The position numbers and the translations under genes were made by a program. DNA of 64,000 nucleotides from Angustibacter luteus (GTDB lineage Bacteria; Actinomycetota; Actinomycetes; Actinomycetales; Angustibacteraceae), in contig NZ_BAABFP010000008.1 of NCBI RefSeq assembly GCF_039541115.1, positions 372,001 to 436,000 on the forward strand, written 5' to 3'. Positions 9,117-18,058 of this stretch are shown piece after piece (position 1 is the first letter of the stretch; every line of letters begins with the position of its first letter). A model generated the notes under the pieces. The model searched no databases. It was not told the DNA's origin and saw only the letters and a program-made list of their open reading frames with translations.

Positions 9117-10145
9117 TCACCGGGACAGCTCGGCCCGCACACCGACCAGGCGGACGGCGCGAGGTTCGAACCGCGCGAACGCCTCGAGCGCGGCCTGCTC
9201 GATCGCGGTCGCCGAGGTGGTGGGTTCCGGCAGCACCCGGCTGCTCGTGCGGGTGGTGAAGGGCACGAACCGCACCTTGAGGACGACGCGGACGGCGTCC
9301 CGCCCGGACTCCGCGACCTCACCGGCCACCCGGGTGGCCAGCTCCACGACCTGCGCTCGGACGTCGTCCCAGTCGTGCAGGTCCTGCTGGTAGGTCACCT
9401 CGCGGCCGAGCGAACGACGCTCGCGCGGGCTCTCGCGCACGGCGGCCGAGTCACGGCCCGCGCCGATCCGCTGCAGCCACGGGCCGGTGGTCGGGCCGAA
9501 CCGGGCGGAGAGCGCCTCGACGTCCGCGCCGGCCAGGTCGCGGACGGTGGCGATGCCCAGCTCGGCCAGCTTGGTCGACGTCTTGCCTCCGATGCCCCAC
9601 AGCGCGGACGGCGGGAGGTCACCGAGCAGGTCGAACCAGGTGGCGGCCGTGAGCCGGAAGACCCCCGCCGGCTTGCCGTAGTCGGTCGCGATCTTGGCCT
9701 GCAGCCGGTTGCGGCCGATGCCGACGGAGCAGTGCAGTCCACTCGCGGCCAGCACACGGCGTTGGACGTCGCGGGCGACCGCCTCGGGGTCGTCGTCCGG
9801 TGGGTCGTCGATCCCGAGGAACGCCTCGTCCCAGCCGAGCTCCTCCACCTCGTCCGTGACCTCGTGCAGGGCGGCCATCACCGTGGCCGACGCTGCTTCG
9901 TAGTGCGGCCGGTCGACGGGCAGGAAGACCGCGTCCGGGATCCGCTTAGCCGCCGTGCGCAGCGGCGTGCCCGAGCCGACGCCGAGTGCGCGGGCCTCGT
10001 AGGACGCGGTGCTGACCACGCCACGCTTGGTCGGGTCACCGTCACCACCGACGACGACAGCCAGGCCGGCGAGCTCGGGGTGACGCAGGACCTCGACCGC
10101 GGCCAGGAACTGGTCGAGGTCGACGTGCAGCACCCACCGGGTCAC
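9117..10145 (-). CDS. dinB: DNA polymerase IV (Y family), DinB2-type
   Basis: WVLHVDLDQFLAAVE, STASYEARALGV, GWDEAFL, SVGIGRNRLQAKIATDYGKPAG, LWGIGGKT, little-finger VRLVGV; CATGAT -10 element just upstream of the GTG. Confidence 0.93.
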   Translation of the reverse strand: MTRWVLHVDLDQFLAAVEVLRHPELAGLAVVVGGDGDPTKRGVVSTASYEARALGVGSGTPLRTAAKRIPDAVFLPVDRPHYEAASATVMAALHEVTDEVEELGWDEAFLGIDDPPDDDPEAVARDVQRRVLAASGLHCSVGIGRNRLQAKIATDYGKPAGVFRLTAATWFDLLGDLPPSALWGIGGKTSTKLAELGIATVRDLAGADVEALSARFGPTTGPWLQRIGAGRDSAAVRESPRERRSLGREVTYQQDLHDWDDVRAQVVELATRVAGEVAESGRDAVRVVLKVRFVPFTTRTSSRVLPEPTTSATAIEQAALEAFARFEPRAVRLVGVRAELSR

Positions 10146-10165
10146 CGGCCCATCATGCCGCGCGG

Positions 10166-10507
10166 CTAGTCCCTCAGGACCTTCTCCATCGACTTGCCCT
10201 TGGCGAGCTCGTCGACCAGCTTGTCCAGGTAGCGGATCTTCTGCATCAAGGGATCCTCGACGTTCTCCACGCGCACGCCGCACACCAGCCCCGTGATCGA
10301 CGATGCGCGCGGGTTGAGGGAGGCATCGGCGAAGAAGTCCTCGAACGTCGTGCCCGCGGCCAGGTGAGCGCTCAACGCTGGCTCGTCGAACCCCGTGAGC
10401 CACTGGATCACCTCGTCCAGCTCGGCCTGGGTGCGCCCCTTCTTCTCCACCTTCGCCACGTAGTGCGGGTACACCGACGCGAAGCTGGTCGTGAAGATTC
10501 TGCTCAC
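10166..10507 (-). CDS. DUF2200 family protein
   Basis: [24 protein letters not shown]...[33 protein letters not shown]. Confidence 0.88.
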   Translation of the reverse strand: MSRIFTTSFASVYPHYVAKVEKKGRTQAELDEVIQWLTGFDEPALSAHLAAGTTFEDFFADASLNPRASSITGLVCGVRVENVEDPLMQKIRYLDKLVDELAKGKSMEKVLRD

Positions 10508-10571
10508 ACCGAAGCAGCGTAGTGCCACCACGTCGGATCACGGAGGTTGCTGAGTCGGTAGCGTGCAGCGC

Positions 10572-11009
10572 ATGCCCATCAAGCTCGAGAACGTCGGGAT
10601 CGCCGTGCGCGACCTCGAAGCGACGATCGCCTTCTTCACGGACCTGGGGCTCACCGTCCTCGGACGGGACACGGTCAGCGGGGAGTGGACCGACACCGCC
10701 GTCGGCCTCGACGGCAACCACGCCAAGATCGCCATGCTCCAGACTCCGGACGGCAACGGTCGCCTCGAGCTCTTCGAGTACATCCACCCCGAAGCGATCG
10801 AGACGGAGCCCACCCGACCCAACGAGATCGGCATGCACCGGGTGGCCTTCTCGGTCGACGACATCGACGCGGCGCTTGAGATCACCGCACGCCACGGCTG
10901 TCACCCGCTGCGCGGCGTGGCGACCTGTGAGGACGTGTACAAGCTCAGCTACGTCCGCGGCCCCAGCGGCATCATCGTCATGCTCGCCGAGGAGCTGAAG
11001 AAGGGCTGA
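10572..11009 (+). CDS. VOC family protein
   Basis: LENVGIAVRDLEATIAFF...RLELFEY...HRVAFSVDDID...YVRGPSGIIVMLAE. Confidence 0.9.
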   Translation: MPIKLENVGIAVRDLEATIAFFTDLGLTVLGRDTVSGEWTDTAVGLDGNHAKIAMLQTPDGNGRLELFEYIHPEAIETEPTRPNEIGMHRVAFSVDDIDAALEITARHGCHPLRGVATCEDVYKLSYVRGPSGIIVMLAEELKKG

Positions 11010-11022
11010 CGTCAACCGGCGC

Positions 11023-11457
11023 CTATCCGCGCCGATCCACACCCATGCCGTGTCGGATGGCCGCGTGCAGAACATCGACGTCGACCACCGAGAGCCGTCT
11101 GAACTTAATGCAGTAGCCCGTGACGGTGGCCTTGCCGATCGAGTCCGCGTAGGTGCGAGCCAGGAAGGTCTTGTCGTCGAGGCCGAGCACGTAGACCGAG
11201 ATCCCAGAGGTGTTGGCGCTCAGGCCGATCCGATAGAACTCGCGAGACGACCCGTCGGCATAGGTGATGGCGTACTCGCCGTAGCCGATGTTGGGGTTGG
11301 CCACGACCTTGCCGTCGTCGTTCGTGCCGTCGCTGAACCACAACCTGGCGTCGGGGAACTCGGCGAGCAGGCGCGCGTGCAGCTGGCGAAGGTCGGCCTG
11401 CTTGGGCTCGGGCAGCCCCGCGAGGTACGCCTCGACTCGGTCCGGGATCGCGGTCAC
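11023..11457 (-). CDS. DUF1801 (YdhG-like) domain protein
   Basis: VEAYLAGLPEPKQADLRQLH...NPNIGYG...ISVYVLG...GYCIKFRRL. Confidence 0.82.
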   Translation of the reverse strand: MTAIPDRVEAYLAGLPEPKQADLRQLHARLLAEFPDARLWFSDGTNDDGKVVANPNIGYGEYAITYADGSSREFYRIGLSANTSGISVYVLGLDDKTFLARTYADSIGKATVTGYCIKFRRLSVVDVDVLHAAIRHGMGVDRRG

Positions 11458-11695
11458 GCGCCCGACGCTACAACCGGGACCACGACGGAACGAGGTTCGC
11501 GGTGGCCACGGCGCGCAGCGTCGAGCTGACGGTGGACTTTCGAGGCACCTGGCCGCCATGATCTGCTCCACCCGACAGACGTCCGGGCGCGCCGAGTCGT
11601 CCAGGAGGCCCGCAGTGAGCGTCACCACGGACGACGGGTCAGGCCGCCCACCGCTCCCACCCACGGGACCTGGTCACGATGGACAGGACGGCCCG

Positions 11696-12265
11696 ATGGC
11701 CGACCGGACCGGTCGCCTGCGTGGGCCTTGGGTGGCAGGGGTCGGACTGGCCACTGCGGTGATGCTGATCGTCGCTGCAGCGTGGTGGACAACCCACCCC
11801 AAGGCCTTTCTGGACTCTCCGAACTACGAGGCCGCGGCAGCACTGCCGACCGAGGGCATGCACGCCATCGCCTTCGCCGTCATCGACCCCGGTGTTGGCC
11901 GCCATGGCACCGTCACCTTCCGTCAGATCACCGCGAACGTCGTGCAGAACGACGCCGGCGCCGGCGTGCACCTGAGCGTCTGCCGCCTTGACCCTGAGCG
12001 CCTGGACGGTTCGGTCATCGGGGCGATCGACGTCGCGGACCTCTCGGACTACTGCCGCACCCTGGAGCCGGTGCGAGGAGCGACCTTCGACCTGGACGCC
12101 GCGTCCGCGAGGCAGTCGCAGATCGTGCTGACCATCACGCCCACCCGTCCCGGAGTGGTCAAGGTCAACGGGGTCCGGGTGAGCTACCGACAGGGTCTGC
12201 GCTTCGGGGAGCAAACCACGGGTCCACACCTCACCGTGACGTCCAACGAGCCAGGGTCTCGCTAG
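11696..12265 (+). CDS. Hypothetical membrane-anchored/exported protein
   Basis: N-terminal hydrophobic helix (WVAGVGLATAVMLIVAAAWW), then a beta-rich domain with two Cys. Confidence 0.65.
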   Translation: MADRTGRLRGPWVAGVGLATAVMLIVAAAWWTTHPKAFLDSPNYEAAAALPTEGMHAIAFAVIDPGVGRHGTVTFRQITANVVQNDAGAGVHLSVCRLDPERLDGSVIGAIDVADLSDYCRTLEPVRGATFDLDAASARQSQIVLTITPTRPGVVKVNGVRVSYRQGLRFGEQTTGPHLTVTSNEPGSR

Positions 12266-12273
12266 GCTGCGGT

Positions 12274-12867
12274 GTGCCCGAGTTCACGTGGCGACCGGCC
12301 AACCAGGCAACGACCGAGGACGTCGAGACGGTGTTCGACACCGGCGGCGCCCGCAAGTGCCGCTGCCAGGCCCTGAAGGTCCCCGGCTGGATCTGGCGCG
12401 ACACCACCCAGGAGCAGCGGGACGCCGCCCTCCTGGAGCAGACCGGTTGCGGCACAGCCGGACCCACCTCCGGCCTGATCGGCTACCTCGACGGCGAGCC
12501 CGCCGGCTGGGTCGCGGTCGAGCCGCGGGACAACTACCCCAGGGTGTGGAGCCGGAAGCAGCCGTGGATGCGGATGGACCCTGACCTCGAGGGCGTCTGG
12601 TCGGTCACCTGCTTCGTCGTCCGCAAGGGCTACCGCCGGCAGGGCCTGATGTACGAGCTGGCGGCCGCCACCGTCGAGTACGGAAGGCAGGTCGGCGCCC
12701 GCGTCCTGGAGGGCTATCCCACCGAGCCGCCGCCGGAGAAGACCGTGATCTGGGACGAGGCGTCGGTCGGGCTGCTGCAGGTCTTCCTCGACGCCGGGTA
12801 CGAGGTGGAGGCCTCGCCGACCCTGCGCCGGCGGGTGGTGCGCCTCCCCCTCACTGGGACCTCGTGA
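12274..12867 (+). CDS. GNAT family N-acetyltransferase
   Basis: C-x-C-Q near the N-terminus, GWVAVEPR, WSVTCFVVRKGYRRQGL, LEGYP; TAGGCT 5 nt before the GTG. Confidence 0.88.
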   Translation: MPEFTWRPANQATTEDVETVFDTGGARKCRCQALKVPGWIWRDTTQEQRDAALLEQTGCGTAGPTSGLIGYLDGEPAGWVAVEPRDNYPRVWSRKQPWMRMDPDLEGVWSVTCFVVRKGYRRQGLMYELAAATVEYGRQVGARVLEGYPTEPPPEKTVIWDEASVGLLQVFLDAGYEVEASPTLRRRVVRLPLTGTS

Positions 12868-12879
12868 CGCGTCCCCGCG

Positions 12880-14331
12880 TCAGTGCTCCTCGGTGGAGCG
12901 CGAGTCGGTGAGTGAGAGCGACCCGTACGTCGCCACGAGTCCGACGATCGCCCCGAGCACGAGGAAGGTGACCCGCTCGCCGTGGAACAACGACTGCACC
13001 AGCTCTGAGCTCCACACCCCCCGCGGGAGGCTGGTGGTGACCAGGGCGGCGATCATGGTGCCTACCACCGCCGTCCCGACGCTGGTGCCGATCTCCTGGG
13101 CCGTGTCGTTGAGCGCCGCGCCGATCGAGGTGCGGTTCGCCGGCATCGCCGCGACGAGCGCCACCGCGCAGATCGTCATGATGGTGCGCAGTCCGACGGT
13201 CAGGACCACCATCGACACCGCGATGGCGACGTACCCGTGCTGCACCCCCCAGGCCATGCCCAGCAGCGAGACCACCAGCAGCCCCGTACCGATCAGGCAG
13301 GCGATGCGGTGCCCGAACCGCTCGGCCAGCCACTCCGAGAGCGGAGTCGCGGCGATCATCGTGATGATCAGCGGCAAGTTGGCCAGGCCGGCCCGCATCG
13401 GGCTCCAGCCGTACGCGTACTGGAAGTGCAGGATCAGGCCGAACATCACGCTGGCCATGGTGATCGAGGCGCCCATCTGGGTGATGGCGGCACCTCGTGC
13501 CGGACCGCTCGAGAACAGCCGCAGGTCGAGCATGGGGAATGTCGTGCTGCGCTCGTGCCGAACGAAGGCGACGACGGCCACGACGGCGCCGAGCGCTGAC
13601 GCCAGAGTGATGCCGGACAACCACCCGTGCTCCACGCCGCTGGTGAGCGTGTAGCAAGCGAGACCGATCCCGGCGATGCTGAACGCCGTGCCCGCGAGGT
13701 CCAGGGGATCCGTCGTCAGGTCCCCCGGCCGGTCGGCCGGCACGCCCAGGCGTACGCCGATCCAGGCGAACAGCGCGATGGGCGCGTTGGCGATCAGCAG
13801 CCACTGCCAGCTCAGGTGGGCCAGGACCGTGCCACCCAGAATCGGGCCGAGCACGAACCCCGACATGCCGACGATCATGACGACGGTGATCGCGCGCATG
13901 CGCAGCCTCTCCTCGTCGAAGAGCCGGAAGATCAGCGACATCGTGACCGGGGCCATTGCTGCGGCGGCAAAGCCGAGCGCGGCGCGCAGGGCGATCAGCT
14001 GGCCCGAGGTCGAGACGAGGATGACGCCGAGGCTCAGGACGCCGAACGCCCCGAGGCCCGCGAGCAGCACCCGCCTTCGGCCGAGCCGGTCCGCCGTCGC
14101 GCCGGCGGTCAGCAGCAGGCCGCCGAACGTGAGGGAGTAGGCACCGGTGACCCACTGAAGGGCGGTGGTACTGCTCCCGAGATCGCGCCCGATAGTCGGC
14201 AGCGCGATCGTCAGCAAGGTGTTGTCCACCATCTCGACGAAGAAGGCGAGGCACAGCGCGAGAAGGGGAAGAGCAGCCGCCCGCAGGGACCGGTAGGTCG
14301 GCGCTGGCGTTGAGGTCGTGGTTACCGTCAT
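12880..14331 (-). CDS. MFS drug:H+ antiporter (DHA2/EmrB-QacA type)
   Basis: DNTLLTIALPTI, LQWVTGAYSL, GATADRLGRRR motif A, many hydrophobic helices. Confidence 0.92.
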   Translation of the reverse strand: MTVTTTSTPAPTYRSLRAAALPLLALCLAFFVEMVDNTLLTIALPTIGRDLGSSTTALQWVTGAYSLTFGGLLLTAGATADRLGRRRVLLAGLGAFGVLSLGVILVSTSGQLIALRAALGFAAAAMAPVTMSLIFRLFDEERLRMRAITVVMIVGMSGFVLGPILGGTVLAHLSWQWLLIANAPIALFAWIGVRLGVPADRPGDLTTDPLDLAGTAFSIAGIGLACYTLTSGVEHGWLSGITLASALGAVVAVVAFVRHERSTTFPMLDLRLFSSGPARGAAITQMGASITMASVMFGLILHFQYAYGWSPMRAGLANLPLIITMIAATPLSEWLAERFGHRIACLIGTGLLVVSLLGMAWGVQHGYVAIAVSMVVLTVGLRTIMTICAVALVAAMPANRTSIGAALNDTAQEIGTSVGTAVVGTMIAALVTTSLPRGVWSSELVQSLFHGERVTFLVLGAIVGLVATYGSLSLTDSRSTEEH

Positions 14332-14348
14332 GACTCACCTCCGTGGTG

Positions 14349-14402
14349 TCGAACGCCGTTCGATGATCGAACGACATTCGATACGATAGAACAACGTTCG
14401 AT
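14349..14402. promoter_or_regulatory. Three tandem palindromes T(C/A)GAAC-N3-(G/A)TTCGA, probable TetR operators
   Basis: 14349-14363, 14366-14382 and 14386-14402, between the divergent MFS and TetR genes. Confidence 0.75.
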
Positions 14403-14431
14403 ATGATGCAAACCATGATCGGAAGCTGCGC

Positions 14432-15133
14432 ATGACACCGGCCCAGGACACCCCACGCGGTACCCGCCGACGCGTGTCGCACTCGATGGAGTCCGTGCTC
14501 GCCGAGACCATCGCCCTCCTCGACGAGTCCGGCGAGTCGGCCCTGACCTTTCGGGCGCTCGCGGCCCGGCTGGGTGGCGGCGTGGCCAGCGTCTACTGGT
14601 ACGTGACCAGCAAGGACGAGCTGCTCGACCGGGCGACCGACGAGGTGATGGGGCGAGTGCTGGTCGACACCGAGCACCTGTCCACCGGACCCGACCCGAT
14701 CGCGAACCTGCGCGCGCTGTCGCTCGCGTTGTTCGACCAGATGGTCCAGCGGCCGTGGTTCGGCTCCTACATGCTGCGAAACACCGGTCTCCAGCCCAAC
14801 TCGATGCAGATGTTCGAACGGCTGGGCCAACAGGTCATGCGACTCGACATCACGCCGAAGCAGCGGTTCCACGCAGTCTCGTCCGTCGTGAGCTACGTGG
14901 TCGGGGTGGCGACGGACATGGCGCAGCCGCCCCCACCGGAATTTCTCGAGAGTGGCCTCGAACCCGCCGAGTTCATGAAGATGTACGCCGACCGCTGGCG
15001 TGCGCTCGACCCCGACGACTTCCCGTTCACCCACCAGATCGCCGAAGAGTTCGAGCACCACGACGACGGTGAGGTCTTCCGTGCGGGACTCGACCTGCTG
15101 CTCGCGGGACTGCGGGCGCAGGCCGAATCCTGA
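14432..15133 (+). CDS. TetR family regulator (TetR_C-type C-terminal domain)
   Basis: ALTFRALAARLGGGVASVYWYVTSKDELL HTH; ends FRAGLDLLLAGL. Confidence 0.92.
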   Translation: MTPAQDTPRGTRRRVSHSMESVLAETIALLDESGESALTFRALAARLGGGVASVYWYVTSKDELLDRATDEVMGRVLVDTEHLSTGPDPIANLRALSLALFDQMVQRPWFGSYMLRNTGLQPNSMQMFERLGQQVMRLDITPKQRFHAVSSVVSYVVGVATDMAQPPPPEFLESGLEPAEFMKMYADRWRALDPDDFPFTHQIAEEFEHHDDGEVFRAGLDLLLAGLRAQAES

Positions 15134-15134
15134 G

Positions 15135-16481
15135 TCACCCTGGCTGCCGCGAGGCCCCCGGCCCGCTCGGTGCGTCGTACGGCGACGTCGACACCGGCGT
15201 CGACGCCTGCTTCCGGTTCAGCTCGGCCCGCCGTTGCAGCACCGCCCGCTCACCCTCGTTCCTGGTGAGCGCGACCGCCTCGGCGAACGCCTCGGCTGCC
15301 TGCGCGGGCAACCCGGCCCGCTCGAGTAGATCTCCACGCACGCTCGGCACGAGCGGTGAGTCGCCAAGCGCCCCTGCGTCCAGTCCCGCCAGCACCGCGA
15401 GCCCCGCGTCCGGGCCGAACGCCCGCCCGTGCGCGACGGCCCGGTTGACTTCGACGACCGGTCCCGGTGCGGCCTCCGCCAGGACGTCGTACAGGGCCGC
15501 GATCCGCCGCCAGTTCGTGTCCTCGACCCTCTTCGCACTGGCGTGCTGCGCGGCGATCGAGGCCTGCAGGAAGTACTTCCCGACCGGCGTCCCGCGAGCG
15601 GCCAGCAGCTCGGCTCGCTGCAAGGCGCCCAGGCCGCGCTTGATCAGCAGCTGGTCCCAGCGCGCTCGGTCCTGCGCCTCGAGCAGAACCGGTGCGCCGT
15701 CCGCATCGAGCCGGGCGGTCATCCGCGAGCCCTGAAGCTCCAGCAGTGCCTGCAGTCCCAGCACTTCGGGCTCGTCGGGAGCGAGGTCGGACAGCATGCG
15801 TGCCAGCCGCATCGCCTCGTTCGCCAGGTCGGGACGCATCCAGGCCTCACCGGCGGTGGCGGCGTACCCCTCGTTGAAGATCAGGTAGATCACGGCCATG
15901 ACGTCGTCCAGCCGCCTGGTCCGCTCCGCCCCCGTAGGCAGCTCGAACTCGGCGTGCGCCTCCGACAGCGTCTTCTTGGCTCGCGAGATGCGCTGGCCCA
16001 TCGCGGTTTCGGTGACCAGGAAGCCGCGGGCGATCTCGGCCGTGGTGAGTCCCCCGACCAGGCGCAGCGTCAGGGCGGCCCTGGAATCGGCCGTCAGGCA
16101 GGGGTGGCAGGTCAGGAAGATGAGTCGCAGGACGTCGTCCGCGATGTAGTCGACCTGGGCGTCGAGGTCGGGCATCTCGTCCTCCTCTCCCCGACGGGCG
16201 TGCTCGAGCTCGGCGACCTTGCGGCGAAGGGTGTCGGCGCGCCGGAAGTGGTCGATGCCGCGCCGCTTCGCGATGGCCATCAGCCACGCGACCGGGTTCT
16301 CCGGGACGCCGGCGCTCGGCCACTGCTCGAGCGCGGCTACCAGTGCGTCCTGCGCCAGGTCCTCAGCGAGCGCGACGTCACCTGTCATCCGGGTGAGGGC
16401 GCCGACGAGGCGGGCCGACTCGGCCCGCCACGCGGCGACGATGACCCCGTTCGGGTCATCCTTCCTGGTCTTTGCCGGCAC
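15135..16481 (-). CDS. ECF sigma factor with C-terminal TPR extension (ECF42-type)
   Basis: LAEDLAQDALVAALEQWP..G.PENP.AWL, DDVLRLIFLTCHP, LRLVGGLTTAEIAR, YLIFNEGY, LLEAQDRARWD, PVVEVNRAVA. Confidence 0.9.
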   Translation of the reverse strand: MPAKTRKDDPNGVIVAAWRAESARLVGALTRMTGDVALAEDLAQDALVAALEQWPSAGVPENPVAWLMAIAKRRGIDHFRRADTLRRKVAELEHARRGEEDEMPDLDAQVDYIADDVLRLIFLTCHPCLTADSRAALTLRLVGGLTTAEIARGFLVTETAMGQRISRAKKTLSEAHAEFELPTGAERTRRLDDVMAVIYLIFNEGYAATAGEAWMRPDLANEAMRLARMLSDLAPDEPEVLGLQALLELQGSRMTARLDADGAPVLLEAQDRARWDQLLIKRGLGALQRAELLAARGTPVGKYFLQASIAAQHASAKRVEDTNWRRIAALYDVLAEAAPGPVVEVNRAVAHGRAFGPDAGLAVLAGLDAGALGDSPLVPSVRGDLLERAGLPAQAAEAFAEAVALTRNEGERAVLQRRAELNRKQASTPVSTSPYDAPSGPGASRQPG

Positions 16482-16503
16482 GGGGCCAGCGTAGGAGCCC
16501 CGA

Positions 16504-16878
16504 TCAGGCGCCGGGCTCCTCCGGGCCGGCGGAGATCTGGCGCAGGGTCGCGACCACGGTGACCTCCGGCCAGTGCTTGGCGTGCAGCTCGGCGAACTCC
16601 CGCTGGTCGGCCACGGCCTCCTCGAGCGTGTCGTACTGCATGATCGCCCAGCCGCCGACGACCTCCTTGGCCTCGGCGTACGGGCCGTCGACCCGGCTGA
16701 CCTCGCCCTGGCGGACCACGAAGTTCACGGCGTCCTCGGTTCCGTACAGCCCGCCGCCGTCGAGGAACACGCCCTTGGCCGCCCGCTCGCCGATGTGCAC
16801 GTCCATCGCGTCGAACAACGCCTGCGGCGGCGTCCCGATGTTCTCTTCCATCCGCACGAAGCCCATGAACCGCGGCAT
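16504..16878 (-). CDS. YciI/DGPF family protein
   Basis: VDGPYAEAKEVVGGWAI motif; GGAG SD; lies upstream of the ECF42-type sigma, the canonical pairing. Confidence 0.88.
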   Translation of the reverse strand: MPRFMGFVRMEENIGTPPQALFDAMDVHIGERAAKGVFLDGGGLYGTEDAVNFVVRQGEVSRVDGPYAEAKEVVGGWAIMQYDTLEEAVADQREFAELHAKHWPEVTVVATLRQISAGPEEPGA

Positions 16879-16924
16879 CCTGATCACTCCTACTGGTTGC
16901 TGGTGAGTTGCTTGTCGCACGTAC

Positions 16925-16951
16925 GTCGAACGAACGTCAGGCTCTTCGACA
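16925..16951 (-). promoter_or_regulatory. ECF42-type promoter (-35 TGTCGA, 17 nt, -10 CGAC)
   Basis: Minus strand reads TGTCGA-agagcctgacgttcgtt-CGAC about 47 nt upstream of the YciI start. Confidence 0.75.
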
Positions 16952-16981
16952 TCACATCTCAGAAGTTTTTCACAGTGGGTC

Positions 16982-18058
16982 TCAGGGTCTCTGCGACTCT
17001 GGCGGCGTCAATACGCGATCAGCGCACGTCACGCCTCGCGGTGGTGTCCCGTCGTTGGGCCACCTGGTCAGGAGGTCGCACGTGACTCCCCGCAGCCGGG
17101 TACCGCTGATGTTCGCTCCCCTCAGGTCCGCGCCGACGAGGTTGGCGTCGCTCAGATCCGCATGCTGCAGGTCGGCCCCTGTGAGGTCCGTGTTCGTGAG
17201 GTCGGCCTTGCCCAGTGCCGCACCCATGAGGTGCGCTCCGCGCAGGGTGGCGCCGTGCATACGGACGCCTGGCGCGTACACGTTCTCCAGGTGTGCGTCG
17301 TCGAGGTTCGCATGCCACAGGGTCGAGTCGGCCAGACTCGCCTTCTGCAGCCGAGCGCCCTTCAGGTGAGCCCACACGAGGTTGGCGCTGCTCAGGTCGG
17401 CGGTGTACAGATCCGCTGCGGCAAGGTTCGCCATGCTGAGGGAGGAGTGGGCGAGGAACGTGCCTCGAAGGTCGGCGCCCGGCAGGTCGGCGTCGTCGAA
17501 GCGCGACCGTTCGATGCTCGCACCGGCGAGGTCGATGCCCGGCAGGCTGCGCTTCATGAGGTCTGCGTGCTGCAGACCCAGTCCTCGAAAGACGTAGTGG
17601 CCAATCTCTCGGTCGGAGTTCGCCCGCTGGATAGCCGTGGTCGGCGGGTCGAGCTTGACTGCCGCCAAGATCATCAGCGCCCCGACGATATCTGGGTTCA
17701 CCTTGGTGTACCTCCCGCGAGCCGTCCTGGTGGACCCCGCCAGCTCGTGGGCGTAGAGGTAGGCGACGAGAATCTCCTGGACCTGCTTCTGGTAGCTCCC
17801 ATCGTCCGCGGCCAGCCGCTGCATGGCGTACATCGAGCCCAGTCGCACATCGGGGCTCGCCGATCCGAGCTGCTCGACCGAACGACTGAACCGTTCGGCG
17901 ACGACGGTCTGACGGGTGCGCTCGGCCTGCTCCCGGTTCTGGCTCGCGGTGCTGTAACCGCTCCACAGGCTGACCGTCACACCGGCCACGGCGGCCGCCG
18001 GCAGGAGCCAGTTCCGAAGGTGCTCGGATACGGGCGCGGTGGCCTCTGAACCGGCCAC
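16982..18058 (-). CDS. Membrane-anchored pentapeptide-repeat protein
   Basis: N-terminal hydrophobic stretch, ERFSRSVEQLGS...VRLGSMYAMQRLA helical domain, then a long A(D/N)Lxx repeat tract. Confidence 0.9.
   Translation of the reverse strand: MAGSEATAPVSEHLRNWLLPAAAVAGVTVSLWSGYSTASQNREQAERTRQTVVAERFSRSVEQLGSASPDVRLGSMYAMQRLAADDGSYQKQVQEILVAYLYAHELAGSTRTARGRYTKVNPDIVGALMILAAVKLDPPTTAIQRANSDREIGHYVFRGLGLQHADLMKRSLPGIDLAGASIERSRFDDADLPGADLRGTFLAHSSLSMANLAAADLYTADLSSANLVWAHLKGARLQKASLADSTLWHANLDDAHLENVYAPGVRMHGATLRGAHLMGAALGKADLTNTDLTGADLQHADLSDANLVGADLRGANISGTRLRGVTCDLLTRWPNDGTPPRGVTCADRVLTPPESQRP

Noticed and set aside
9117..11075. 652-aa extended DinB
   Set aside because: The extension overlaps real DUF2200 and VOC genes; the DinB motif begins at GTG 10145
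14349..14402. LexA SOS boxes
   Set aside because: The spacer is 3 nt rather than 4, and the context fits TetR operators
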